34,562 nt of DNA, taken from positions 1-34,562 of the IMG/VR virus record IMGVR_UViG_3300028594_000074; one strand, given 5' to 3'. Under the pieces are notes generated by a model that made no database searches, was not told the origin of the DNA, and saw nothing but the letters and a program-made list of their open reading frames with translations. Source of the stretch: a virus. Lineage: Duplodnaviria; Caudoviricetes. This document shows, in pieces, positions 8,851 to 17,944 of the stretch; position 1 is the first letter of the stretch, and each line of letters starts with the position of its first letter. The position numbers were made by a program, and so were the translations under genes.

Positions 8851-9332
8851 TAAACAACACAACCTTAGTTGGTCGATTAACCAAAAATCCCGAATTAAAA
8901 TATACACAATCGGGCATAGCGGTATTAAGTTTTAACTTGGCCGTAGAACGAAATTACACCAACGCACAAGGCGAAAGAGAAACAGACTTCATAAGTTGCC
9001 AGGCATGGCGCGGAACCGCTGAAGCACTCTCAAATTTCGCTGTAAAAGGTTCGTTAATTGGAATTACCGGCAGCATCCAAACACGGAACTACCAAAACAA
9101 TGAAGGGCAAACCACCTATGTGACCGAGGTCGTCGTTAATAATTTTCAAATGTTAGAACCGAAGTCCGTAACCGACGCAAGAAGAAACGGAACGGGACAG
9201 CAGGGGAATTATTCGGGACAACCGAATAACAACCAGGGACAAGGCAATTTCACGAATAATACAACCTATGATGATCTCTTTGAGTCAAATGAAGATGTAA
9301 CGGATATTGATGATGACGATTTGCCATTTTAA
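8847..9332 (+). CDS. ssb: Single-stranded DNA-binding protein
   Basis: INNTTLVGRLTKNPEL OB-fold start, acidic DDDDLPF tail. Confidence 0.96.
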   Translation: MINNTTLVGRLTKNPELKYTQSGIAVLSFNLAVERNYTNAQGERETDFISCQAWRGTAEALSNFAVKGSLIGITGSIQTRNYQNNEGQTTYVTEVVVNNFQMLEPKSVTDARRNGTGQQGNYSGQPNNNQGQGNFTNNTTYDDLFESNEDVTDIDDDDLPF

Positions 9333-9344
9333 TGGAGTGATGAC

Positions 9345-10073
9345 ATGGAGAAAGTCGAAGGCATACAAAGCGAAATAATCGCTTATGATGGCGAAACGGT
9401 TACTTTGAAGCTCTATGACCGAATAGACATAGAAAAGGCAAAGCGCCTATCAGTAAATGGCCGACATTTAACGTTACTTGATTTCTATGAGAAAGATACT
9501 ATCACAGACGAACAACGCCGGCATTATTTTGCTCTGGTCGGAGACTTTGCAGAATTTACCGGCTACCCGACGCAGCAAGCCGACTCTTTCTTTAAAGAGT
9601 ATTTCATGAACGCATACGAGTTAGACGAGTGGCCAAGTCTATCTCGTGGCGCCATGAAGAAAAATGTTGCGAGTGATCTCATTGGTTTCGTCATTGAGTT
9701 TATGGTTCAAAATGATGTGCCGTTTAGAAAGCAGCAATTCTATCTAACGACAGATGTTTCGAAAATGCTATACGCCATGACTATGAAACGACTATGCTGG
9801 ATATGTGGGCGACCCGGTTCGTCTATTCATCATGCTGAAAAGTTGGTTGGAATGGGCCGAGATAGAACCAAATTCAATCATTTAAAGAGCAAGTTTATGT
9901 GTTTGTGTGAGTATGGGGTAAACATAGAAGATGAAAAGGAAGCGGCAGCGCATCATCAAGAAGCGCACCAGTTAGGACTAACGTCATTCTGTAACAAGTA
10001 TCATGTAAAGCCGATTAAGCTAAGTGAAAAAGATTTAACGCAGTTAGGTATTCAAGGGAATTACGAAAGCTAG
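9345..10073 (+). CDS. Putative HNHc-type nuclease (DUF968-like)
   Basis: CWICG...HH...VGMGRDR...MCLC...HHQEAHQLG motif. Confidence 0.75.
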   Translation: MEKVEGIQSEIIAYDGETVTLKLYDRIDIEKAKRLSVNGRHLTLLDFYEKDTITDEQRRHYFALVGDFAEFTGYPTQQADSFFKEYFMNAYELDEWPSLSRGAMKKNVASDLIGFVIEFMVQNDVPFRKQQFYLTTDVSKMLYAMTMKRLCWICGRPGSSIHHAEKLVGMGRDRTKFNHLKSKFMCLCEYGVNIEDEKEAAAHHQEAHQLGLTSFCNKYHVKPIKLSEKDLTQLGIQGNYES

Positions 10074-10084
10074 GAGATTTCAAA

Positions 10085-10378
10085 ATGAAGTTGACCAAGA
10101 AACAACGAAACAAACAAAAAATATCAATGACAGTAAAGGAATTGGAAAAGGTAAAGCGAGACGCAACGAATATAGCCGTAAAGATAACGCACTTATTCCC
10201 GTTATGGGTATTAAGAACCAAGTTCGGGTTTGGAGAAAAACGGTTAAGAAGATTTATGGCCGAATATGCGGATTTGTTGGACTCATTTAACAAAGATTAT
10301 GTTTCATTGCCGGACATAGCGCAGCAACTAGAGAAAGAAACCGGCATACGATTAGACGAGGAGGAAAAACATGAATAA
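10085..10378 (+). CDS. Hypothetical phage protein
   Basis: LRTKFGFGEKRLRRF...LEKETGI, typical of Firmicute phage small proteins. Confidence 0.75.
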   Translation: MKLTKKQRNKQKISMTVKELEKVKRDATNIAVKITHLFPLWVLRTKFGFGEKRLRRFMAEYADLLDSFNKDYVSLPDIAQQLEKETGIRLDEEEKHE

Positions 10379-10583
10379 GAAAAGCAAAGGCTATGGCGTT
10401 GGCTATAAAATTGGCACAGTCATAGGCGGCATTATTAAACCATTCAAACGTTTAACGTGCGATCACTTTGATATTAAACTACCAGAGCGCACAACGATAT
10501 TAAACAACGGACACCTGGCCACGGTACAAGTAAAACAATGCATTAAGTGCGAAAGAACCAAAAGGACAGTAATGCCTAGATAG
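10371..10583 (+). CDS. Hypothetical protein (CDH...CxxC)
   Basis: 70-aa ORF, GAGGAGG SD. Confidence 0.6.
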   Translation: MNKKSKGYGVGYKIGTVIGGIIKPFKRLTCDHFDIKLPERTTILNNGHLATVQVKQCIKCERTKRTVMPR

Positions 10584-10628
10584 GAGGGGAGGGTCATTAA
10601 TGATATACAAAAAGCTATATACGAACAC

Positions 10629-10859
10629 ATGAAAGAACAAGAAGAAAAGTTATTAAAGACCATGGTGCTAAATTGGTATAAAGTTCATAACTATCCAAGC
10701 GTTGAACATTATGCGCCAATTGTGAATTGTGTGAAGCATGTAAGCGGGCATTGTGGTTTCGTGGAAGGTCGTGGCCCAAGTTACTCGGATATAGAGTTAT
10801 TCGATTTAAGATATATAGATACATGTACCATTGATGAGTTGTTTGATAAGTACTTTTGA
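10629..10859 (+). CDS. Hypothetical protein (start uncertain)
   Basis: 76-aa ORF; the strong SD near 10582-10593 lies further upstream than ATG10629. Confidence 0.5.
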   Translation: MKEQEEKLLKTMVLNWYKVHNYPSVEHYAPIVNCVKHVSGHCGFVEGRGPSYSDIELFDLRYIDTCTIDELFDKYF

Positions 10860-10880
10860 TAATGAACGGGAGTTGAGCGA

Positions 10881-11336
10881 GTGGGAAAATCGGACTACAA
10901 AAAAACAGAAGAAAAGCTAAGGGACTACTTAACCGGAAACCTTAGCGCCCAAATACAGCACAGAAAAGATATTTTAGAATATCCCCCCAAGCCATCAATC
11001 AAGCAACCAAAAGACAAGAAGAAAAAAGAAATCTATGAGGTGGATATTAAAACAAAAAGCACGTTGAGGCCGGACGGATTAGAGCGCAAGGTTTTGAAGT
11101 ATGCTGATGATCCAAAGTATAACTTACTTAAGAAGCAAAGGGATGCAATACATGGATTTTTAACCCGGTTAATGAGCTACGATTATGATACATATAGAAC
11201 ACTGGTATTGTTTTATAGAGACAAGCGAACCTGGTTAGAAGTGAGTGAGGAACTACATGTTTCCGAGTCGACTTGCAAACGCCGGAGAAAAGGGGCTGTA
11301 AATGATTTGAGAAAGATATTATTCCCTTCTGATTGA
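10881..11336 (+). CDS. ArpU/RinA-like late transcriptional activator
   Basis: Last early gene before terS; C-terminal HTH TWLEVSEELHVSESTCKRRRKGAV. Confidence 0.75.
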   Translation: MGKSDYKKTEEKLRDYLTGNLSAQIQHRKDILEYPPKPSIKQPKDKKKKEIYEVDIKTKSTLRPDGLERKVLKYADDPKYNLLKKQRDAIHGFLTRLMSYDYDTYRTLVLFYRDKRTWLEVSEELHVSESTCKRRRKGAVNDLRKILFPSD

Positions 11337-11351
11337 CATAATGAATAGGTG

Positions 11352-11415
11352 TTGACCTGATAACGAACTGAAAATGACCTAAAAATGCTCTGAAAGCCCC
11401 ATAAAATGGTAGTAT
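11352..11415 (+). promoter_or_regulatory. Putative late promoter with four 11-bp direct repeats
   Basis: TTGACCTGATA/ACGAACTGAAA/ATGACCTAAAA/ATGCTCTGAAA (11352-11395) then extended -10 TGgTAGTAT (11407-11415). Confidence 0.6.
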
Positions 11416-11488
11416 AGACAAAGTCTATAATTGGTTGTTGTTTGGTCCTCCTAGAAAATTGTACCGCCCTAGTCACGGGGCGGAACAT

Positions 11489-11561
11489 TGAAGCGTAGCT
11501 CAATTGGTAGAGCGCCACACTGTTAATGTGGATTGTGTAGGTTCGAGCCCTACCGTTTCAG
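11489..11561 (+). tRNA. tRNA-Asn(GTT)
   Basis: Cloverleaf: acceptor TGAAGCG/CGTTTCA, D arm GCTC/GAGC, anticodon arm CCACA-CTGTTAA-TGTGG, T arm GTAGG-TTCGAGC-CCTAC; discriminator G; CCA not encoded. Confidence 0.93.
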
Positions 11562-11607
11562 TCGGGTGCGGAAACACCCTATATGTAACTTTACTTCCCT
11601 TCTAAAG

Positions 11608-11644
11608 AGCTGTTACCAGAGGTGTGTCTGGTAATGGCTTTTTT
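11608..11644 (+). terminator. Intrinsic terminator between tRNA and terS
   Basis: AGCTGTTACCAGA-GGTGTG-TCTGGTAATGGCT then T-run. Confidence 0.7.
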
Positions 11645-11665
11645 AGTTAATCATTTTTTAAAGGA

Positions 11666-12217
11666 GTGATGGAGATCAGTGCACAAGACCAACTAAAAAA
11701 AGAAATTGCAGATTTAGCTAATGAATTGATGGCTGATTGGCCATCTTCCAGAAACAAGCAAAAACAGTTTGTTTTAGAGTATGTTGCTGTCGGATTTACA
11801 AATGCATCAGAAGCGGCCAGAAACGCCGGATATAGCAAAAAAAGCGCAAATAAGACAGCTTCAAATATGATTAACGGTACAGATAAGTACAGACATATTC
11901 CGCCAGTCATAAATGAACTGAAAGAAGCGTTCGAAGAACGCAACGAAGAATTAAAAATCGCAGACGGCACGGAAGTCTTGCAGCGGTTAACAGCCATTGG
12001 CCGGCAATTGCCATCTGAAAAGTATTATCGTTCAGAAAAAGAGATTGACGGCCTAAAGACGGTTGAAGAAAACAAATACGTTACAACCCCGAGCGACGAA
12101 GATGCTTTAAAGGCTTTAGAGTTGCTAGGTAAGAATTACGCACTATTTACAGACAAACAAGAAATTGATGCCGATTTAGGCTTAGAGATAGTGATTGATT
12201 ATGGCGACGAAGAATAG
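11666..12217 (+). CDS. terS: Terminase small subunit
   Basis: KQKQFVLEY...NASEAARNAGYSKKSA...KALELLGKNYALFTDK. Confidence 0.92.
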   Translation: MMEISAQDQLKKEIADLANELMADWPSSRNKQKQFVLEYVAVGFTNASEAARNAGYSKKSANKTASNMINGTDKYRHIPPVINELKEAFEERNEELKIADGTEVLQRLTAIGRQLPSEKYYRSEKEIDGLKTVEENKYVTTPSDEDALKALELLGKNYALFTDKQEIDADLGLEIVIDYGDEE

Positions 12218-13508
12218 AGCTAAAAAACGGCCGAGAATAAAAGTTCAATTCAATCCAATCTTTAAAGATGTTAACCGAACAACGAAACGTTATCGAGCCA
12301 TTAAAGGCTCCGCCGGTAGTGGAAAAAGCGTTAATGTTGCTCAGGAGTATATTTTAAAGCTATCTGATCCAAAATACAAAGGTGCCAACTTGCTATGTGT
12401 CCGTAAAGTGGCCGAGTCAAATCGTTATTCAACCTTTGCAGAATTAAAGGCTGCAATAAATACCATTTACGGCGCGCAAGCTGATAGATATTGGTATGTA
12501 AACGAAAGCGCCATGACCTTAAGAAGCAACGTAACCGGCAATGAGGTTATTTTCCGTGGTGTACTGCACGACAAAGACCGCGAGAAATTAAAATCTATTA
12601 ACTTTGCCACTGGTAAATTGACTTGGATATGGATAGAAGAGGCGACGGAATTATATGAGCAAGACATAGATATACTTGATGACCGTTTGCGCGGTATTTT
12701 AGACAACCCCAATTTATATTATCAAATTACACTTACGTTCAATCCGGTATCGTCACAACACTGGATAAAGCGTAAGTTTTTTGATTACAAAGATGATGAG
12801 ACCTTTACGCACCACTCAACCTATAAAGATAATCGTTTTATTGATGAAGGTTATTACAAGCGTATGGAACGCCGTAAAAAACAAGACCCCGAAGGCTATC
12901 GGGTGTATGGCCTGGGCGAATGGGGAGAAGTCGGCGGCTTAATTCTTAAAAATTACACCGTTGAAGATTTTGACACCAATCCAGATAGGTTTGATTTTAT
13001 GGTTAATGGCCAGGACTTTGGTTTTAATCATGCGAACGCCATTCTGGAGGTTGGCTTTAAAGATGATGAGTTATATATCACTCGTGAAATATACGTCCAT
13101 GAAAAAGACACTTCCGAAATAATCGAGTTGGCCAACAAAGAAAACTTTAGAAAAAATTTGCGTATGTGGTGTGATAGTGCCGAGCCAGACCGCATTAAAA
13201 TGTGGAAAAAAGCCGGCTATCGAGCCCAGGGCGTAAAAAAAGAAAAAGGCAGCGTTGCGGGTCAAATTGATTATTTAAAACAAAGAAAAATACACATTCA
13301 CCCGAGTTGTGTAAATACGATTAAAGAAATATCTCAATGGAAATATAAAAAGAACCAAAAGACGAACTTATACGAAGACGAGCCAGTAAATGAATTTGAT
13401 GACGCAATGGCCGCCTTACGTTACTCAATTGAGGACATAAGACGAGCGGGCGTTAACAATGACTCACTGGAAGACCGCATGAAAACAGCAGAATACTTAT
13501 TCAAATAA
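12201..13508 (+). CDS. terL: Terminase large subunit, PBSX/SPP1 family (headful-type)
   Basis: Walker A GSAGSGKS, WIWIEEATE, LTFNP, DFGFNH, CDSAEP motifs. Confidence 0.95.
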   Translation: MATKNRAKKRPRIKVQFNPIFKDVNRTTKRYRAIKGSAGSGKSVNVAQEYILKLSDPKYKGANLLCVRKVAESNRYSTFAELKAAINTIYGAQADRYWYVNESAMTLRSNVTGNEVIFRGVLHDKDREKLKSINFATGKLTWIWIEEATELYEQDIDILDDRLRGILDNPNLYYQITLTFNPVSSQHWIKRKFFDYKDDETFTHHSTYKDNRFIDEGYYKRMERRKKQDPEGYRVYGLGEWGEVGGLILKNYTVEDFDTNPDRFDFMVNGQDFGFNHANAILEVGFKDDELYITREIYVHEKDTSEIIELANKENFRKNLRMWCDSAEPDRIKMWKKAGYRAQGVKKEKGSVAGQIDYLKQRKIHIHPSCVNTIKEISQWKYKKNQKTNLYEDEPVNEFDDAMAALRYSIEDIRRAGVNNDSLEDRMKTAEYLFK

Positions 13509-13526
13509 AAAGAGAGGAGTGGTTAA

Positions 13527-15167
13527 TTGGTTACTAGAAAAGTTGAGTTTCTGAAAGGTCAACGTTTTAATGATGAAGCAAATGACACGTTTAGAATGAC
13601 AACAGAAGATTTCGAAACATTAGACTTTGAGAGCGAAGATTTCGCCGACATACTAGAAGACTTTATAAACGAACACCGCTCCAGACAAGTCCCGCGATTG
13701 GAAGAATTAAAAAGATACTACAATACCAACAACAATATTAAATATCGTGAGACTGACAAGGACGAGTTCGAGCCAGACAACCGTATAGCAAGTGACTTTG
13801 CTAAATTCATAACCACATTTAAACAAGGGGAATTATTAGGAAAGCCAATTGAATACGAAAACGAAAATGATGATCTAATAGAAAATATCGAAGATTTTAA
13901 CAAACAGAACAACATGGCTTATCATGACATGAAGTTATTTGTTGATACGCTGATTTATGGCCGCGGCTATGAATTAATCGTTATTAAAAATAACCCAGAT
14001 TACGTTGAACAAAATTGGCTAGAAAAAATCTTGCATTACCAAAGTACGAAAGACCGTATTCTAATTCGAGTGCATAAATTAAAGCCAGAGGAGACTTTTG
14101 TCGTTTACGACGATACACACGACAATAATTCATTGTTTGGCGTTAATTATTACACTGTGGGCAAAGGTAGTCGCAAGCAATTGAAAGCCGTTGTATATGC
14201 GCGAAACGAAATACATTACTTCGGAAATGATAATTCACTAGACTCAACCGCTTATGGTATGAAACATACAGAAAAAGAGCCGCACTATTTTAATGGTGTG
14301 CCAATAACCGAAGTTTTAAGAGACGAAGAAAAAAATAGTGTGTTTGAGCCGGTTTTGGACACCATAGACGCTTACGATTTATCGCAATCAGAATTAGCAA
14401 ACTTCCAACAATATGCGAACGAAGCCAATTTAATGCTTACCGGAGTGCCATATACTGGCCAAGATGAACAAACATACGACGCAGAGGGGAACTTAAACCC
14501 CAATTCACGTCTAGGAATTGCTAGAGGCTTTAAAAAGTCTCATATCATTATATTAGACGGCGACGGCGAGCAAGCGCCAAATGCTAAATACCTGGTCAAA
14601 GAATACGATACAGACGGCTCTGAGAAATACAAAGACAGATTAGTGGGCGATATTTTACGCTTTACATTTACGCCAGACTTATCTGATGAAAATTTTGCTG
14701 GCACGCAGTCCGGCCAAGCTATGGAATGGAAAATGATGGGCAGCAGCAATCAACGTGTGACAAGTGAAGAATTATTCAAGAAAGCCGTTATGCGCCGCTT
14801 GCGATTAGCTGCAAATGTTTGGGAGATACGTGGAAATAGTGGTATTGATTACGACACCGTAAACGAAACAAACGTTATATTTACGCCTAACTTACCGAAG
14901 AACGACAAAGAAATTATTGAAAATGTCACGGCCATGGGCGACGAAGTTTCACAAGAAACCAAGTTAACTATTTTAGAAAAAGTTACTGGCGTTAAAGCAC
15001 AAGATGAAATGGATCGATTAGAAAACGAAAAGAACAACGCAAACGATTATACAGATGAAGAAAAAGCCTATTTTGATGAAATGCGCAAAAAGATAGTGGG
15101 CGAAGGCGAAGAAGAAGCCGCTGAACCTATCGAAGATGAACAAGGTGGCGATATAAATGGCGATTGA
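13527..15167 (+). CDS. SPP1-type portal protein
   Basis: DNRIASDFAKFI, YGRGYE, FTPDLSDENFAGTQSGQAM; follows terL. Confidence 0.93.
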   Translation: MVTRKVEFLKGQRFNDEANDTFRMTTEDFETLDFESEDFADILEDFINEHRSRQVPRLEELKRYYNTNNNIKYRETDKDEFEPDNRIASDFAKFITTFKQGELLGKPIEYENENDDLIENIEDFNKQNNMAYHDMKLFVDTLIYGRGYELIVIKNNPDYVEQNWLEKILHYQSTKDRILIRVHKLKPEETFVVYDDTHDNNSLFGVNYYTVGKGSRKQLKAVVYARNEIHYFGNDNSLDSTAYGMKHTEKEPHYFNGVPITEVLRDEEKNSVFEPVLDTIDAYDLSQSELANFQQYANEANLMLTGVPYTGQDEQTYDAEGNLNPNSRLGIARGFKKSHIIILDGDGEQAPNAKYLVKEYDTDGSEKYKDRLVGDILRFTFTPDLSDENFAGTQSGQAMEWKMMGSSNQRVTSEELFKKAVMRRLRLAANVWEIRGNSGIDYDTVNETNVIFTPNLPKNDKEIIENVTAMGDEVSQETKLTILEKVTGVKAQDEMDRLENEKNNANDYTDEEKAYFDEMRKKIVGEGEEEAAEPIEDEQGGDINGD

Positions 15168-16224
15168 CCCAACAGAAATATCACAAGTGCGTTATAACAT
15201 GGAACGCCGTGCAATGAATGCTTATGCGAACCGTTCAGACATCAGAGAGGGCTTATTAGACGCTAGTTTTCGCCATTACTTAAATGAGATTGAAAGTAAA
15301 ATTAATAATTATTATTTGAGGTACGCAAACCGTGAGGGCATTTCAATTCAAGAAGCTAGGAAACGCGCCGACGCTATGGACGTACAAAGCTTTGCGACTA
15401 GAGCAAGAAAAGCCGTTCAAGACAAAGATTTTAGCCACAAAACAAATGAATGGTTAAAAGTCTATAACTTGAAAATGCGCGTGAGTCGTGAAGAATTACT
15501 AAAATATAATATTCAACTCGAGTTATATAAGTTAAACAAAGAGCAAGAACATATTATAACTACCGGAATGGACGAAGAATACCGCAAAGAAATCGAACGT
15601 CAGACCGGTATTTTAGGCAATTCAGTCCCATCTAACATTGGCGAGCGCGTCGAGGACTTAATAGACGCTGATTTTTACGGAAATAGCTTCAGCGAAAAAA
15701 TATGGGGCGCAAATGGTAAGTATGATCTAATCGAAAGAAAAGTATTCGAAACCCTGGGCGATATCCAAGGAAATATTGGAGACTATCGCAGCGGCGTAGC
15801 TAAATTAATGGAAACATTCGACGTTAGCAAAAGCGACGCTTACAGACTAATGCGAACCGAAGCCAGGCGAATGAATGCAACGGCTTCAATGGATATGTAT
15901 AAAGAAGAAGGCTTCACGCATTATATTTACACGGCCGAGCCAGACGCGTGTTTAATATGTGCGTCATTAGATAATACGGCCATACCAATTGGCGAAGAAG
16001 TACCTGGCTATAATTATCCGACCATGCACCCGAATTGCAGATGTTCTTCATACGGCGTTATTCGCATGATTAGACGCAATACGGGCACATCTAACATAAA
16101 TGACCACAATGAACGTTACGGCGATTATTCTACCGCATTAAAAGACCTAGAGGACGTTATAAATGGAGACATAACTGACCATAGTCAATTAAGAAATAAA
16201 TCAAGAGAATATGCAATGTCATAA
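15157..16224 (+). CDS. Minor head protein (SPP1 gp7/Mu gpF family)
   Basis: RLMRTE, CLICASLD, PTMHPNCRCS motifs. Confidence 0.9.
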   Translation: MAIDPTEISQVRYNMERRAMNAYANRSDIREGLLDASFRHYLNEIESKINNYYLRYANREGISIQEARKRADAMDVQSFATRARKAVQDKDFSHKTNEWLKVYNLKMRVSREELLKYNIQLELYKLNKEQEHIITTGMDEEYRKEIERQTGILGNSVPSNIGERVEDLIDADFYGNSFSEKIWGANGKYDLIERKVFETLGDIQGNIGDYRSGVAKLMETFDVSKSDAYRLMRTEARRMNATASMDMYKEEGFTHYIYTAEPDACLICASLDNTAIPIGEEVPGYNYPTMHPNCRCSSYGVIRMIRRNTGTSNINDHNERYGDYSTALKDLEDVINGDITDHSQLRNKSREYAMS

Positions 16225-16350
16225 GCCATGAAAGGCGGGTGGTAACCTTGATTTTTGTGTTGAAAACAGTAACCGAAGCATGAAAGGACGGTGGTCGCGC
16301 CATGTCGAAAAGAAAAAGCGCAGTATCTCGCTCATATTAGGAGTGATCTA

Positions 16351-16641
16351 ATGAATGACTTAAAGATTAACATACAATCAAAAAACATATTCTTTAGAGT
16401 ATTGGGCAGTGATGGACCAGCAACCGAACTGACACATAAAGGTATTTTAACACTTCATTCGCATTTGCTTAATCACGATACATTAGAATTGTGGTTTGGT
16501 GATTATAAAAACGAAACGTGGTATGCACAAGGCAAAGCGATAGAAATATCTGGCAATAGCGATGGCGATGGTTATTTTGTGTTTAGGGCGACTAGCGATT
16601 ATGTTAATGAAGCCGGCGAAGGAATAAACTTTGGTTCATAA
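16351..16641 (+). CDS. Hypothetical protein (accessory gene in head module)
   Basis: AGGAGTG SD before ATG16351 (ORF track start 16291). Confidence 0.65.
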   Translation: MNDLKINIQSKNIFFRVLGSDGPATELTHKGILTLHSHLLNHDTLELWFGDYKNETWYAQGKAIEISGNSDGDGYFVFRATSDYVNEAGEGINFGS

Positions 16642-16646
16642 CAGGA

Positions 16647-16829
16647 GTGGTGGCAATGGAAAAGAAAGATTATGCAAGACAATTAAAGTATGAATTGTTA
16701 GGCAAAGCTAGAGAGCTTATTTGGGAAATTGATTTTGATGAAATAAAACATGTTGATGTTGAAATCGATGATACTTACCCAGAAGGCACAGGAATTATGA
16801 TTTGTATTGAGTTGAATGAAGATAAGTAG
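16647..16829 (+). CDS. Small acidic hypothetical protein
   Basis: 60-aa ORF, AGGAG SD. Confidence 0.6.
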   Translation: MVAMEKKDYARQLKYELLGKARELIWEIDFDEIKHVDVEIDDTYPEGTGIMICIELNEDK

Positions 16830-16858
16830 TCAGCACTCATCGAGTGGTGGCTATTTTT
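16827..16858 (+). terminator. Intrinsic terminator
   Basis: TAGTCAGCACTC-ATC-GAGTGGTGGCTA-TTTTT. Confidence 0.65.
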
Positions 16859-16881
16859 GTACACAATTTAGGAGGAATTAC

Positions 16882-17178
16882 ATGTTAGCCAAATGCGACG
16901 AATGCGCAGCAGAATTTGAGATTGAAAACTTTGAGGAAACCACAACAAAAGATTATACAAAGACAAGTTTCTTTTGTCCGGCTTGTGGTCGCGAATATAT
17001 AGCATTTGCTAAAAACAATAGCATAAAAAAGAAACAAGCAGAGGTTAAAAAGATGTATGCACAAGTGCGTAAACCGGGCACCAGTTACGCGGAACAAAAG
17101 AAATTGATGTTAGGTATCAAAAAGAAAGAAAAAGCTGTAAAAGCAGAAATGAACGCTTTAAAGCAAAGTTTAATTTAG
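16882..17178 (+). CDS. Zinc-ribbon plus basic helical protein
   Basis: CDEC...CPACG; AGGAGG SD before ATG16882. Confidence 0.7.
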   Translation: MLAKCDECAAEFEIENFEETTTKDYTKTSFFCPACGREYIAFAKNNSIKKKQAEVKKMYAQVRKPGTSYAEQKKLMLGIKKKEKAVKAEMNALKQSLI

Positions 17179-17278
17179 CAATAAGACCAATTGTTTTAAT
17201 GTCATTAAACTTTAAACTATCGTCGCCGGACGTAAAACGAGACTCGGCTAGTGGCGTAACCACCAAGGAGCAACAAAC

Positions 17279-17923
17279 ATGAAATTAGACGATAAATTAA
17301 AAATGAATTTACAATATTTCGCAGAAGACCCAGGAGACGGAGACGCTGGCCAAGATGACGATCAAAAGCCAGAAGACCAAAATAATGGGGAAAATGGAGG
17401 CGAAAAGAACGAAAGCGACGACGACCGCACTTTTACTCGCGGAGAAATCGCAAAAATGATTAACGCTGAAACTAAGAAACTTGAAAGCAAGTATGAAAAT
17501 ATGCTTGATGATAAGTTTGAGGAAGGTGTTAGCGAAGGGCAGCGCTTAGCTGAAATGACTGAGGAAAAACGACAAGAAGAAAAAGAAAAGCGCCGTCAAT
17601 CAAAACTTGATGAACGAGAAGCCGAATTAAACCGCCGTGAAATGCGAGCGACAACGTCAGACTTAATTCGTGAAGAGGGTTTACCGCAGACATTTGTTGA
17701 TTTAGTCGTTGCTGACGAAGCTGAAGCTGTACAAGAAAATATCAAAAACGTAAAACAAGTATTTGATGAAGCAGTTGAGGCCGAGGTCGATAAACGCCTG
17801 GTACAAAAGAATACAAAAACGGGCACGGCACAAGGTAGTTTAACCAAAAAAGAAATTTTAAGGAAAAAAGATAAAGCCGAAAGAGAAAAACTAATTTCTG
17901 AAAATATGGATTTATTCACATAA
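17279..17923 (+). CDS. Capsid scaffolding protein (DUF4355-like)
   Basis: LKMNLQYFAE N-terminus, TFTRGEI, charged coiled coil; precedes capsid gene. Confidence 0.88.
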   Translation: MKLDDKLKMNLQYFAEDPGDGDAGQDDDQKPEDQNNGENGGEKNESDDDRTFTRGEIAKMINAETKKLESKYENMLDDKFEEGVSEGQRLAEMTEEKRQEEKEKRRQSKLDEREAELNRREMRATTSDLIREEGLPQTFVDLVVADEAEAVQENIKNVKQVFDEAVEAEVDKRLVQKNTKTGTAQGSLTKKEILRKKDKAEREKLISENMDLFT

Positions 17924-17944
17924 TAAAAAGGAGACTAAAAAATT

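Noticed and set aside
11414-11421. ATAGACAA shared between the late-promoter hairpin and the inverted repeat at 34133-34160
   Set aside because: An 8-nt AT-rich match with different arm order and spacing; likely chance
16816-16881. N-terminal extensions in the ORF track (16816; also 16291, 30765 and 1073)
   Set aside because: They run through terminator or intergenic sequence or overlap upstream genes; better SD-start pairs lie downstream
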